Shown: one piece after another, positions 1 to 8,715 of the stretch
How the letters are laid out: every line of letters begins with the position of its first letter
How positions within the stretch are numbered: the first letter of the stretch is position 1
Source of the DNA: a bacterium
Lineage (GTDB): Bacteria > Eisenbacteria > RBG-16-71-46
DNA length: 16,077 nucleotides
Direction: 5' to 3'
NCBI GenBank assembly: GCA_043779265.1
Contig: JAYWEM010000172.1
Span: 1 to 16,077, forward strand
Program-made: the position numbers and the translations under genes
The notes under the pieces: generated by a model
Told to the model about the DNA's origin: nothing
The model's database searches: none
The model's input: only the letters and a program-made list of their open reading frames with translations

Positions 1-113
1 CTAGCCGCTTGGTCACGCGGGGGGGGGAATGGTTCTGAAAATCTCAGCTCAGAGGGGGGGAATGATTCTGCAAAGCTGGCCCTGCGGGGGTCCCATCATT
101 CTGCAAACTGACA
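1..113 (-). mobile_element. Transposon terminus, probably Tn7/Tn5053(Tn402)-superfamily (IS21-family not excluded); element continues off the left edge
   Basis: The minus strand from 113 reads TGTCAGTTTGCAGAATGATGGGACCCCC. Three related sites have cores TTCTG(A/C)AAA at + 33-41, 66-74 and 99-107, each preceded by a G-run, at an exact 33-bp period. The terminal TGT falls at the codon where the neighbouring gene turns into CQFAE-stop. Confidence 0.75.
21..107. repeat. Three ~21-bp degenerate direct repeats (putative transposase-binding sites)
   Basis: gggggggaatggttctgaaaa (21-41), gggggggaatgattctgcaaa (54-74), gggggtcccatcattctgcaaa (86-107). Confidence 0.85.
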
Positions 114-1151
114 ATCACGCCGCATCTCCTGGAACGCCACCCCCGTCCAATGTCGCGAACTCTCGGACGGGCTGAGACGCCGACCCTCGGAAGCGAGCAG
201 ATAGTCGCGGCCGTCCCACTCGCCACCGCCTTCTCGACCCTGGCCGGGCGGGAGTCTCATCGTCCAGGCGCCGGTCGGAGGCACATAGGCGCCGTTGGCT
301 CCCGGGCCGAAGCCCGCGGCCAGATTGAATCCGAGGCTGTAGGTGAGCGGGATCCACTCTCGGCTCACGCGATGGTTGTGGATCATGGCCGGAACACAGA
401 CGGCAAGCGCGACCAGTGCCGCGACAGCTGCACGAGTCACTCGACGACTCAGCTGACCGCTCGGATCGGGTATGAACACGATGACAGCCAACCAAGCGAG
501 GTTCGTTGCGCGCGCGAGTGCCATCAGTCCGACGATCGTTCCGAGGGCGAGACCCGAGCGAACCGGATGATCTCCCGTCGACCTGAGCGCGGAGACCCAC
601 AGGAGAAGCACTCCCAGCAGAAGAAGCGGGGACTCCGTGAGGATGAGCGAGTCGTGGAAGACGAATGGCGCATAGCAGGCCGCGATCACACCGACTGCGA
701 GTCCGATCCAAGCGGAGGATAAGCGTCGACTCGCGTCTGCAAGGAGCGCGACGGCGATCGCCCCACACACGGCCTGTGCTCGGAGGATCCCGGCCAGCGG
801 GTCGCCCAGGATCTCCCTGAGTGCCCCGAGGAAGTGAGGATAGAGAGGCGCGAGGAAGAACGGCCCTTCGCTGCGGGGAAGCTCGCCGGTGAGTCGGCTC
901 GCCCAGTCCCAATAGGTCTGCGAGTCGGAGACCAGGACGCCGTCGAGCAGGGTCCCCTGGACTCTGGCCTGGAACCACAACCGGATCGCCAGCGCGAGGA
1001 GGAAGACCCCCACGCTCAGCGCGATCGGCGCTGCGGCTCCTGAAGCGCGAAGACTCGAACTAGGGCGAGGCGCCGTGTCAGCTATCGTTCGACTGCTCGA
1101 AACCTTCGACAGTTGGACTCCCGCGCGTTGTGCCACAGGCGCTGCGACCAC
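96..1151 (-). pseudogene. ArnT/PMT-like (GT-C fold, GT39/GT83-like) integral membrane glycosyltransferase, 3'-truncated by transposon insertion; start codon uncertain
   Basis: Many hydrophobic helices; typical segments DSQTYWDWA, PFFLAPLYPHFL, LILTESP and LMALAR. The native frame ends at ...EMRRD (114); the last residues CQFAE* come from the transposon end. Confidence 0.75.
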
Positions 1152-1241
1152 GGACAGGGGTTCCCCGGATCACCCGAGTCGAGGATGGCACGCTGGAGAC
1201 CTACTCACCACGTCGAACGACCGCTCGTGCCCCACAACGCG

Positions 1242-1271
1242 ACGAGGGCGCCCGGGTTCGGACGCCCTCGT
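1242..1271 (-). terminator. Hairpin downstream of the 1301-1915 gene; probable terminator or 3' stabilising stem
   Basis: ACGAGGGCG (1242-1250) and CGCCCTCGT (1263-1271) form a perfect inverted repeat with further inner pairing, 30 nt after the stop codon; the U-tract is weak. Confidence 0.55.
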
Positions 1272-1300
1272 TCTGCGGGAGGATCGGGACTTCTTGTGGA

Positions 1301-1915
1301 CTAGCGGTACTGCGTCTTCAGGCCGCCCCAGGTGTGCGGCTTGGTCGGCGTGACACAGGCGTTCGGGCGCGGGCCGTTCAGGAACCCGACGCACACGTTC
1401 TGAGCGGCGCGCGTGTAAATCGCCATCGTATCGCCCTGGGGTTCGCCGACGTTGCCGCCCATCGGGCCGAACTGGGTGTAGAAGCAGAGCGTGCCCTTGC
1501 CGACGTAGTCCGCCTCGCAATCGCCCGTCGGCGTTGCGCGGAAACGAAGCAGGGGTCCGGGGGTTCCGAGTAGATCGTCACCCTTGCAGTCGATCGAGCC
1601 GGTGAGGTTGAGCGCACAGCCGTTGGCGCCGTAGGCGGTGCCGGCCAGCTGGTCGAACACCCAGTGCTCGCCACAGCCGACGCCCTCGGCGCAGACCTTG
1701 AGGTACCAGAAGTCGAGCGTGATCTCATCGAGCGGCCCGTCGGTCGCGTAATCGAACGACAGGCAGTACTTCCACAGGCCGGCGTGCTCCCCCTGCTGCT
1801 GAAGCTCGGCCGTGAGCGCGCCGTTGATGCACTGCGCCTGTGAGGAGACCGGAGCCGTCAGAAGGACGGCGGTGAGCACAGCGAAGCCGGCGAGGCGTGT
1901 AGCGATGGATCGCAT
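1301..1915 (-). CDS. Secreted Cys-rich hypothetical protein with C-terminal TWGxxKxxYR motif
   Basis: Sec-type signal peptide (MRSIATRLAGFAVLTAVLLTAPVSSQA), GGGAG RBS upstream, 10 Cys in the mature part, ends VTPTKPHTWGGLKTQYR. Confidence 0.85.
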   Translation of the reverse strand: MRSIATRLAGFAVLTAVLLTAPVSSQAQCINGALTAELQQQGEHAGLWKYCLSFDYATDGPLDEITLDFWYLKVCAEGVGCGEHWVFDQLAGTAYGANGCALNLTGSIDCKGDDLLGTPGPLLRFRATPTGDCEADYVGKGTLCFYTQFGPMGGNVGEPQGDTMAIYTRAAQNVCVGFLNGPRPNACVTPTKPHTWGGLKTQYR

Positions 1916-2104
1916 TGATTCTCCCGCGAGAGGTCGAGTCGAGGTGTTGAGGAGAGAGGGCGTGCAGGGGGATGAGGCGAAGATTCTATGGGTAGAGAAC
2001 TGCCGAAGTCCAGAAGTTACTATGGGTCATGGGTTTGCAAGCCCGGATGGGTGCGATGACCCGTCATGAGTCTGTGAGATCGTCAGATGACCCAGCCGTC
2101 CTGC

Positions 2105-2134
2105 TTGCGAGAGGGGCGGGCCAGAGCCTAGTTT
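2105..2134 (+). promoter_or_regulatory. Candidate sigma70-type promoter for the merR-suf operon
   Basis: TTGCGA (2105-2110), 18 bp, TAGTTT (2129-2134), about 30 nt upstream of the ATG at 2166. Confidence 0.4.
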
Positions 2135-2146
2135 CCGGGTCGGAAG

Positions 2147-2162
2147 CTCACGCGAACGTAAG
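2147..2162 (+). promoter_or_regulatory. Imperfect palindrome, candidate operator for the MerR-family regulator
   Basis: CTCACG-CGAA-CGTAAG overlaps the purine-rich putative RBS just before the start codon. Confidence 0.4.
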
Positions 2163-2165
2163 GGT

Positions 2166-2723
2166 ATGACCATGGCGAAGAAGAGCGAAGTCATCGACTC
2201 CACATTGATAAGGGTGGGCGACCTGGCTAAGGCGACCGGCAAGACGGTGCGCGCCATCCATCTCTATGAGGAGTTGGGACTTCTCCAGCCGACGACCCGC
2301 TCCGCGGGTGGCTTCCGCCTCTACGAGCGGCGAGCTGCCGAGCGTGTGCGCTGGATCGATCTGCTGCACAGCCTCGGATTCTCGCTGCAGGAGATGCGCG
2401 AAGTGCTTCTCAAGTGGTGGAATGCCGAACGAGGCACCGAGGCGATGGCCGATCTCCAGGTGCTGTTCAAGCGCAAGCTCGGCGAGACGCGTGAGGCGAT
2501 CATTCGGCATCAGCATCTCGAGCGCGAACTGATCGAGGGTCTCGACTACCTCGTGACGTGCCGCGATTGCGACCAGCCAGGGGGCACCGAGGTCTGCATC
2601 CACTGCTCCAGGGACCACGGCGTCGTCTCTCCGCCCGCCCTCATCGAGGGACTGCAGCACGCCGAGCTCGGCTCACATCCGGCTCGAGCACCATTCGTTC
2701 GTGTCGAGGATCTCCCGCACTGA
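2166..2723 (+). CDS. MerR-family transcriptional regulator with C-terminal Cys cluster (start at 2166 or 2172)
   Basis: MerR HTH signature RVGDLAKATGKTVRAIHLYEELGLLQP..RSAGGFRLY, then LGFSLQEM, a coiled-coil helix, and CRDC-x8-CIHC-xxx-H. Confidence 0.93.
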   Translation: MTMAKKSEVIDSTLIRVGDLAKATGKTVRAIHLYEELGLLQPTTRSAGGFRLYERRAAERVRWIDLLHSLGFSLQEMREVLLKWWNAERGTEAMADLQVLFKRKLGETREAIIRHQHLERELIEGLDYLVTCRDCDQPGGTEVCIHCSRDHGVVSPPALIEGLQHAELGSHPARAPFVRVEDLPH

Positions 2724-2808
2724 CCGCAGCGGCGCGCGTGGCGCGCCACCCGAATACGTTTCCATCGAAACCCACCGGCACCATCCGTTGGACCCAAGGA
2801 GCCACACG

Positions 2809-3132
2809 ATGATCCAGATGACCGAGGTCGCCGCTTCCAAAGTGAAGGAGCTGCTGACCCAGCGAGGCACCCCCGAGAGCGGACTGCGCATCGGCGTTCG
2901 AGGCGGCGGCTGCAGCGGGAACTCCTACTTCATGGAGTTCTGCGAGACCGGCGCCCCGGGCGATGAGACCGTCGATACCCACGGTGTCCAGCTCGTCGTC
3001 GACCTCAAGAGCATGGTGCTTCTCGGCGGCACGACCATCGACTACGTCGAGGGTCTGATGGGCGCCGGATTCAAGTTCAACAATCCCAACACGAAGCACT
3101 CCTGCGCCTGCGGCGAGAGCTTCTCGGCCTGA
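2809..3132 (+). CDS. sufA: A-type Fe-S carrier (HesB/IscA/SufA family)
   Basis: GGGCSG and CACGESF motifs; AAGGAG RBS before the ATG at 2809 (the ORF-track start at 2701 is too far upstream). Confidence 0.93.
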   Translation: MIQMTEVAASKVKELLTQRGTPESGLRIGVRGGGCSGNSYFMEFCETGAPGDETVDTHGVQLVVDLKSMVLLGGTTIDYVEGLMGAGFKFNNPNTKHSCACGESFSA

Positions 3133-3193
3133 TCCTACGACGCCCTGCGGGGCGCAAGTCGCGGTGCCGGTTGCGACCGCTAGAGAGAGCACG

Positions 3194-3988
3194 ATGAGCC
3201 AGACTCCCGAATTGGTGGTGACGGACCTTCACGTCAGCGTGGAGGGCAAGGAGATCCTCAAGGGTCTCTCGATCGAGGTCCGCAAGGGCGAGGTGCACGC
3301 GATCATGGGCCCGAACGGCTCCGGTAAGAGCACGTTCGCGAACACGCTCATGGGCCACCCGAAGTACGAAGTGACCTCGGGCGAGATCCTCTTCAAGGGC
3401 GAGAGCGTCCTCGAGATGGAAGCCGATGAGCGCGCTCGCGCCGGGTTGTTCATGGCGTTCCAGTATCCGGTCGCCATCCCGGGACTGACGTTCGGCAGCT
3501 TCCTGCGTGCGGCGCTCAACGCGCGTCTCGCGCCGCCGGCCGAAGTGGACGGCCGCATGCCGCTCAAGCGTGGCATCGCTCCCAAGGAGTTCCGTGCGCT
3601 GCTCACCGACAAGATGAAGATGCTCGCCATGGACCCGAGCTTCATCACGCGCTATCTCAACGATGGATTCTCGGGAGGCGAGAAGAAGCGCGCCGAGATC
3701 CTGCAGATGGCGCTGCTCAAGCCGGAGATCGCGATCATGGACGAGACCGACTCGGGTCTCGACATCGACGCGCTGCGCATCGTGTCCGAAGGCGTCAACA
3801 AGCTCGCCGGCCCCGAGATGGGAGTGCTGGTGATCACGCACTACAACCGCATTCTGAAGTACATCAAGCCCCACCGCGTCCACATCATGCTGGACGGCCG
3901 CATCTCGCGTTCTGGTGACGCCGACTTGGCGCTCGAGCTCGAGACCCGCGGTTACGAGTGGATCAAAGAGGAGGTCGCCGCCAGATGA
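3194..3988 (+). CDS. sufC: Fe-S cluster assembly ATPase SufC
   Basis: Walker [17 protein letters not shown], signature GFSGGEKKR, Walker [20 protein letters not shown] at 3194. Confidence 0.97.
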   Translation: MSQTPELVVTDLHVSVEGKEILKGLSIEVRKGEVHAIMGPNGSGKSTFANTLMGHPKYEVTSGEILFKGESVLEMEADERARAGLFMAFQYPVAIPGLTFGSFLRAALNARLAPPAEVDGRMPLKRGIAPKEFRALLTDKMKMLAMDPSFITRYLNDGFSGGEKKRAEILQMALLKPEIAIMDETDSGLDIDALRIVSEGVNKLAGPEMGVLVITHYNRILKYIKPHRVHIMLDGRISRSGDADLALELETRGYEWIKEEVAAR

Positions 3989-5394
3989 GCACCTCACCCA
4001 AAATGGATATGCGGGATGGATATGCCGAGAAGTACGGCTTCCATGACGAAGAGCAGCATGTGTTCAAGTCCCGCAAGGGGCTCGACGCCGAGATCGTGAA
4101 GCAGATCTCCGACCTGAAGGGCGAGCCGCAGTGGATGCTCGACTATCGCCTCAAGGCTCTCGAGATCTTCCAGAAGAAGCCGATGCCCACGTGGGGCGGC
4201 GATGTCGGCCAGATCGACTTCCAGGACATCTACTACTACGTCAAGCCGACCAAGCAGGAGTTCGCGTCCTGGGATGACGTGCCGGCGGACATGAAGCGCA
4301 CCTTCGACAAGCTCGGAATCCCCGAGGCCGAGCAGAAGTTCCTCTCGGGCGTCGGGGCGCAGTACGACTCCGAGGTCGTCTATCACAAGATCCAGGAATC
4401 GCTCGAGAAGCAGGGCGTGATCTTCCTGAGCGCGGACCACGGCCTCAAGGAGCACCCGGAGTTGTTCAAGCAGTACTTCGGAACGGTGATTCCGTCGACG
4501 GACAACAAGTTCGCGGCGCTCAACAGCGCGGTGTGGTCGGGCGGCTCGTTCATCTATGTGCCCAAGGGTGTGCATGTCGAAGTGCCGCTGCAGGCCTACT
4601 TCCGCATCAACACCAAGGACATGGGGCAGTTCGAGCGCACGATGATCATCGTCGACGAGGGTGCCTACGTGCACTACGTCGAGGGGTGCACGGCGCCGAT
4701 CCACACCAGCGACTCGCTGCACTCGGCGGTCGTCGAGATCATCGTCAAGAAGGGCGGCCGTTGCCGCTACACGACGATCCAGAACTGGTCGAACAATGTC
4801 TACAACCTGGTCACCAAGCGGGCGCTCGCCTACGCGGACGCAACGATGGAGTGGGTGGACGGCAATCTCGGCTCCAAGCTGACCATGAAGTACCCGGCCG
4901 TCTACATGATGGAGCCGGGTGCGCACGGCGAGATCCTGTCGATCGCATTCGCCGGCAAGGGCCAGCATCAGGACGCCGGCGCCAAGGTCGTGCACTGCGC
5001 GCCCAACACGAGCAGCAAGATCATCAGCAAGTCGATCAGCAAGGATGGCGGTCGCGCGGGCTATCGCGGGCTGGTCAAGGTGCAGAAGGGTGCCTTCGAC
5101 AGTCGCAGCACGGTCAACTGCGACGCGCTGATCCTCGATGAGGAGTCGCGCTCGGACACCTATCCCTACATGGAGATCGAGGAGGACCGCGTCACCATCG
5201 GCCTCGAGGCCACGGTCTCCAAGTTCGGCGACGAGCAGATCTTCTACCTCGCCTCGCGTGGCATCCCGGCGGAAGAGGCGGCGGCGATGATCGTCTCGGG
5301 ATTCATCGAGCCGATCGTGAAGGAGCTGCCGATGGAGTACGCCGTCGAGATGAACCGGCTGATCCAGCTGCAGATGGAGGGCTCGGTCGGATGA
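3985..5394 (+). CDS. sufB: Fe-S cluster assembly scaffold SufB
   Basis: [45 protein letters not shown] and C-terminal [18 protein letters not shown] overlap with the sufC stop. Confidence 0.97.
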   Translation: MSTSPKMDMRDGYAEKYGFHDEEQHVFKSRKGLDAEIVKQISDLKGEPQWMLDYRLKALEIFQKKPMPTWGGDVGQIDFQDIYYYVKPTKQEFASWDDVPADMKRTFDKLGIPEAEQKFLSGVGAQYDSEVVYHKIQESLEKQGVIFLSADHGLKEHPELFKQYFGTVIPSTDNKFAALNSAVWSGGSFIYVPKGVHVEVPLQAYFRINTKDMGQFERTMIIVDEGAYVHYVEGCTAPIHTSDSLHSAVVEIIVKKGGRCRYTTIQNWSNNVYNLVTKRALAYADATMEWVDGNLGSKLTMKYPAVYMMEPGAHGEILSIAFAGKGQHQDAGAKVVHCAPNTSSKIISKSISKDGGRAGYRGLVKVQKGAFDSRSTVNCDALILDEESRSDTYPYMEIEEDRVTIGLEATVSKFGDEQIFYLASRGIPAEEAAAMIVSGFIEPIVKELPMEYAVEMNRLIQLQMEGSVG

Positions 5395-6731
5395 GCACCA
5401 CCAACCTCGATGTGAAGGCCGCGAATGCGGTCGCCGGCTGGCTCGCGGCGGCCGAGACGCGAGCCGTGTCGGCGCAGGAGCCCGAATGGATGCTGGCGCG
5501 TCGTCGTCATGCGGCACAGGTGGCGGCGTCGATGACGTTCCCCTCGCGAGAGGACGAGCTCTGGCGGCGCACCGATTTCGGATCGCTGGCCATCGACGGG
5601 CTGTCCGTGCCCACCGCGCCGCCCAAGGCGCGCAATGTCGATGACCTGCCGGTCGCGGTGATCGAGCGATTGGCGGGCGAGGCCACCAACGCCGCGCTGC
5701 TGGTGCAGCGCGACGGCGAGGTGGTGCTGGAGCAGACGCACCCGACGCTGCAGAAGCAGGGCGTGGTGGTGTGCTCGATGGAGCGCGCCATCCGGGAGCA
5801 TCAGCCGCTGCTCGAGGCGCAGTTCGGTGCTCGCCTCTCGACCGAGTACGACCGCTGGGTCGCGATCGGCGAGGCGCTTCGCACCGGAGGCGCGTTCGTG
5901 CATGTTCCCAAGGGCGTGCAGGCGGAACTGCCGGTCCGGCTCTTCCAGTGGATCGACGGCGGGCGACGTCTCGTCGCTCCGCGCCATGTGATCACGGTGA
6001 GCGAGCAGGCGTCGATCACGGTGATCGAGGAACTGCTCTCCGAGCACTCCGAGGAGCCGTCGCTCTATCTGGGCGGCGCCGAGATGTCGGTGGGCCAGGG
6101 CGGCAAGCTGACGTTCGCGAGTCTTCAGGATTGGAGCCGCAACGTGGTGCACTACGGCAACGGCCGCGCCGACGTGGGTGTGGATGCCGAGCTGCAGTGG
6201 ATCCAGGTGATGGTCGGCGGCCGCACCACCAAGCAGCACAACTGGTACTCGATGACCGGCCAGGGCGCGCAGGCGTTCGTGCACGGCTTCATGTTCGGGG
6301 ACCATCGCCAGCACTTCAATCTCCACACGCTGCAGCGCCACTTGGCTCCGAACTGCACGAGCGACCTGCTCATCAAGGGTTGCTTGAAGGACAAGGCGCG
6401 AAGCGTGTATCAGGGGCTGATCCAGGTCGCCGAGGGCGCTCAGCGCACCGACGCGTATCAGGCCAATCGCAACTTGCTCCTCTCGGATCAGGCGCGTGCG
6501 GACAGCATTCCGGGGCTCGAGATCCTGGCGAACGACGTGCGCTGCACGCACGGCGCGACGCTCGGCAATGTGGATCCCGAGCACCTGTACTACCTGATGG
6601 CGCGCGGCCTGCCCAAGGTCGATGCGCAGCGGCTCATCGTGGAGGCGTTCTTCGAGCCGGTCATCGAGCGCATCCCGCTCGAGTCCGTGCGCGACCGCCT
6701 GCGCGAGGAGATCGCCCGGAAGATCGGGTGA
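5391..6731 (+). CDS. sufD: Fe-S cluster assembly protein SufD
   Basis: [44 protein letters not shown] overlap with sufB. Confidence 0.95.
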   Translation: MSTTNLDVKAANAVAGWLAAAETRAVSAQEPEWMLARRRHAAQVAASMTFPSREDELWRRTDFGSLAIDGLSVPTAPPKARNVDDLPVAVIERLAGEATNAALLVQRDGEVVLEQTHPTLQKQGVVVCSMERAIREHQPLLEAQFGARLSTEYDRWVAIGEALRTGGAFVHVPKGVQAELPVRLFQWIDGGRRLVAPRHVITVSEQASITVIEELLSEHSEEPSLYLGGAEMSVGQGGKLTFASLQDWSRNVVHYGNGRADVGVDAELQWIQVMVGGRTTKQHNWYSMTGQGAQAFVHGFMFGDHRQHFNLHTLQRHLAPNCTSDLLIKGCLKDKARSVYQGLIQVAEGAQRTDAYQANRNLLLSDQARADSIPGLEILANDVRCTHGATLGNVDPEHLYYLMARGLPKVDAQRLIVEAFFEPVIERIPLESVRDRLREEIARKIG

Positions 6732-8008
6732 GCAGCGACACGCGGGTGCAGACGGGCGGGGCGGCTTCGGCCGCCCCGCCGAACCCGTTCGACCCGCGCC
6801 GCATCCGTGAGGAGTTCCCGCTCCTGACGGCCAAGCGCGACAAGCCGATGGTCTATCTCGACAGTGCCGCGACATCGCAGAAGCCGCAGGCCGTGCTCGA
6901 TGCGATGACTCGCTACTACGGCACGTGCAACGCCAACATCCATCGTGGCGTCTATGGCATCGCCGAGGAGGCGACGGCGCTTTACGAGGATGCACGCCGG
7001 GTCTTCGCGCGATTCATCAACGCGGCGAGCCCGCGCGAGGTGATCTTCACGCGCAACTCGACCGAGGCGCTGAACCTGGTCGCCTACGCATGGGGACGCT
7101 GGGCTCTCAAGAAGGGCGACGCCATCGTGCTGACGCCGATGGAGCACCACTCGAACCTCGTGCCGTGGCAGATGCTCGCCGCCGAGCGTGAACTCGAGCT
7201 GCGCTTCATCCCGCTGACCGGTACGGGCGAACTCGATCTGGCTGCCCTCCCGGGACTTCTGGCCGACGGCCGAGCCAAGCTGGTGTCGGTCGTGCATGTC
7301 TCCAATGTGCTCGGCACCGTGAATCCGGTGCAGGAGATCACGCGCCTCGCCCATGAGCAGGGCGCCCTCGTCTGCATCGACGCCTCGCAGAGTGCCGCGC
7401 ACATGAAGCTCGATGTCCAGGCGCTCGGCGTCGACTTCCTGGCGTGCACGTCGCACAAAATGCTGGGACCGACGGGCATCGGCATGTTGTGGGGCCGCCG
7501 CTCGCTGCTCGAGGCGATGCCGCCGTTCCTGGGCGGCGGCGAGATGATCCGCGAAGTGAAGCTGACGCACAGCACGTGGAACGAGCTGCCGTGGAAGTTC
7601 GAGGCCGGCACCATGGCGATCGCCGAGGCCGTCGGTCTCGGTGCGGCGGTGCGTTACCTCGATGCCCTGGGGATGGACCACGTGTTCGCGCACGACCGCG
7701 CGCTCGCCACGCTCACCATGGAGAAGCTGGCCGACGTGCCGGGGCTTCGCGTCCTGGGCCCCGCGGCCGATCGGCGCGGCGGCGTCGTGGCGTTCACGCT
7801 CGAGGGCGTGCATCCGCACGACATCGCGACCGTGCTCGATCAGTCGGGCGTTTGCGTGCGCGCCGGGCATCACTGCGCCATGCCGCTGCACGAGCATCTC
7901 GGCATTCCCGCCTCGACGCGCGCCTCGTTTCACTGTTACTCGTGCGACGAGGACATCGACGCTCTGGTCACCGGGCTGCACCGCGCTCGCGCGGTGTTCG
8001 CGCGCTAG
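6728..8008 (+). CDS. sufS: SufS-type (group II) PLP-dependent cysteine desulfurase
   Basis: YLDSAATSQKP, EHHSN, SHKMLGPTG (PLP Lys), RAGHHCA (catalytic Cys). The GTG start overlaps the sufD stop (GTGA); the ORF-track start at 5771 is a spurious extension. Confidence 0.96.
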   Translation: MSSDTRVQTGGAASAAPPNPFDPRRIREEFPLLTAKRDKPMVYLDSAATSQKPQAVLDAMTRYYGTCNANIHRGVYGIAEEATALYEDARRVFARFINAASPREVIFTRNSTEALNLVAYAWGRWALKKGDAIVLTPMEHHSNLVPWQMLAAERELELRFIPLTGTGELDLAALPGLLADGRAKLVSVVHVSNVLGTVNPVQEITRLAHEQGALVCIDASQSAAHMKLDVQALGVDFLACTSHKMLGPTGIGMLWGRRSLLEAMPPFLGGGEMIREVKLTHSTWNELPWKFEAGTMAIAEAVGLGAAVRYLDALGMDHVFAHDRALATLTMEKLADVPGLRVLGPAADRRGGVVAFTLEGVHPHDIATVLDQSGVCVRAGHHCAMPLHEHLGIPASTRASFHCYSCDEDIDALVTGLHRARAVFAR

Positions 8009-8017
8009 GGCTGCCGA

Positions 8018-8404
8018 ATGGACGACCTGTTCCGCGAGACCATCCTCGAGCACTATCGCAACCCCAGCTGCCAGGGCTCGATCGAGAACCCCGATCTCGC
8101 CTACGAGGACTTCAATCCGCTGTGTGGCGATCGCGTCCGCATGGAGTTCCGCATCGTCGACGACAAGATCGCCGAAGTGCGCTGGAACGGTCACGGCTGC
8201 TCGATCAGTCAGGCCGCGGCGTCGATGCTTTGCGAGCGCATCGAGGGGCGGCCGCTCGACGAGGTCAAGGCGATCGACCGCGACGAGGTCATGGAGATGC
8301 TGGGGATCGAGTTGGGACCCGTGCGGCTCAAGTGCGCGCTGCTCTCGCTCAAGACGATGAAAGCCGGTCTCTACGGCATGACGACGGACGAGGAGGACGA
8401 TTGA
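8018..8404 (+). CDS. sufU: SUF-system NifU/SufU-type protein
   Basis: ILEHYRNP, NPLCGD, GCSISQAAAS, RLKCALL; directly follows sufS. Confidence 0.92.
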   Translation: MDDLFRETILEHYRNPSCQGSIENPDLAYEDFNPLCGDRVRMEFRIVDDKIAEVRWNGHGCSISQAAASMLCERIEGRPLDEVKAIDRDEVMEMLGIELGPVRLKCALLSLKTMKAGLYGMTTDEEDD

Positions 8405-8715
8405 GCAAGCGCTACGTACGCGTGGCCCAGGTGGGCGAGATCCCCGAGGGCGGCGTGAAGGTGGTGTACGTCCAGGATGTGGCGGTCGCGGTGTTCCATG
8501 TCGACGGCGGCTATCACGCGATCGAGGACCTCTGCACGCATGATGGCGGCCCGCTCGCCGAGGGCGAGCTCGACGGCTGTGTCATCGAGTGCCCGCGACA
8601 CGGGGCACGATTCGACATCCGAAGCGGCGCGGTGCTGGCGATGCCGGCGACCTCGCCGATTCCCACGTACGAGGTTCGCGTCGAGGGTGACGAGATCCAG
8701 GTGAGGTGGTCATGA
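8401..8715 (+). CDS. Rieske-type [2Fe-2S] ferredoxin
   Basis: CTHDGGPL and ECPRHG Rieske motifs. The TTG start overlaps the sufU stop (TTGA) after a GAGGAGG RBS; this is the real 3' part of track ORF 7444..8715. Confidence 0.92.
   Translation: MSKRYVRVAQVGEIPEGGVKVVYVQDVAVAVFHVDGGYHAIEDLCTHDGGPLAEGELDGCVIECPRHGARFDIRSGAVLAMPATSPIPTYEVRVEGDEIQVRWS

Noticed and set aside
2166..2723. Calling the regulator SoxR, CueR or ZntR
   Set aside because: The Cys spacing CxxC-x8-CxxC fits none of them, and there are no metal-efflux genes nearby.
3985..5394. Intein in SufB (known in mycobacteria)
   Set aside because: The length (469 aa) and continuous motifs leave no room for an insertion.
5771..6727. 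745-aa SufS with a long N-terminal extension (encapsulin-cargo-like)
   Set aside because: The extension is an alternative frame of sufD. The real start is the GTG at 6728, leaving only a short leader, and no encapsulin gene is present.
3077..8194. Long antisense ORFs opposite the suf genes (306, 507, 583 and 534 aa)
   Set aside because: Shadow ORFs caused by the GC3 bias of the real genes; no recognisable motifs.
7444..8400. 423-aa Rieske fusion protein
   Set aside because: The upstream part overlaps sufS and sufU out of frame; the ferredoxin has its own RBS and a TTG start at 8401.
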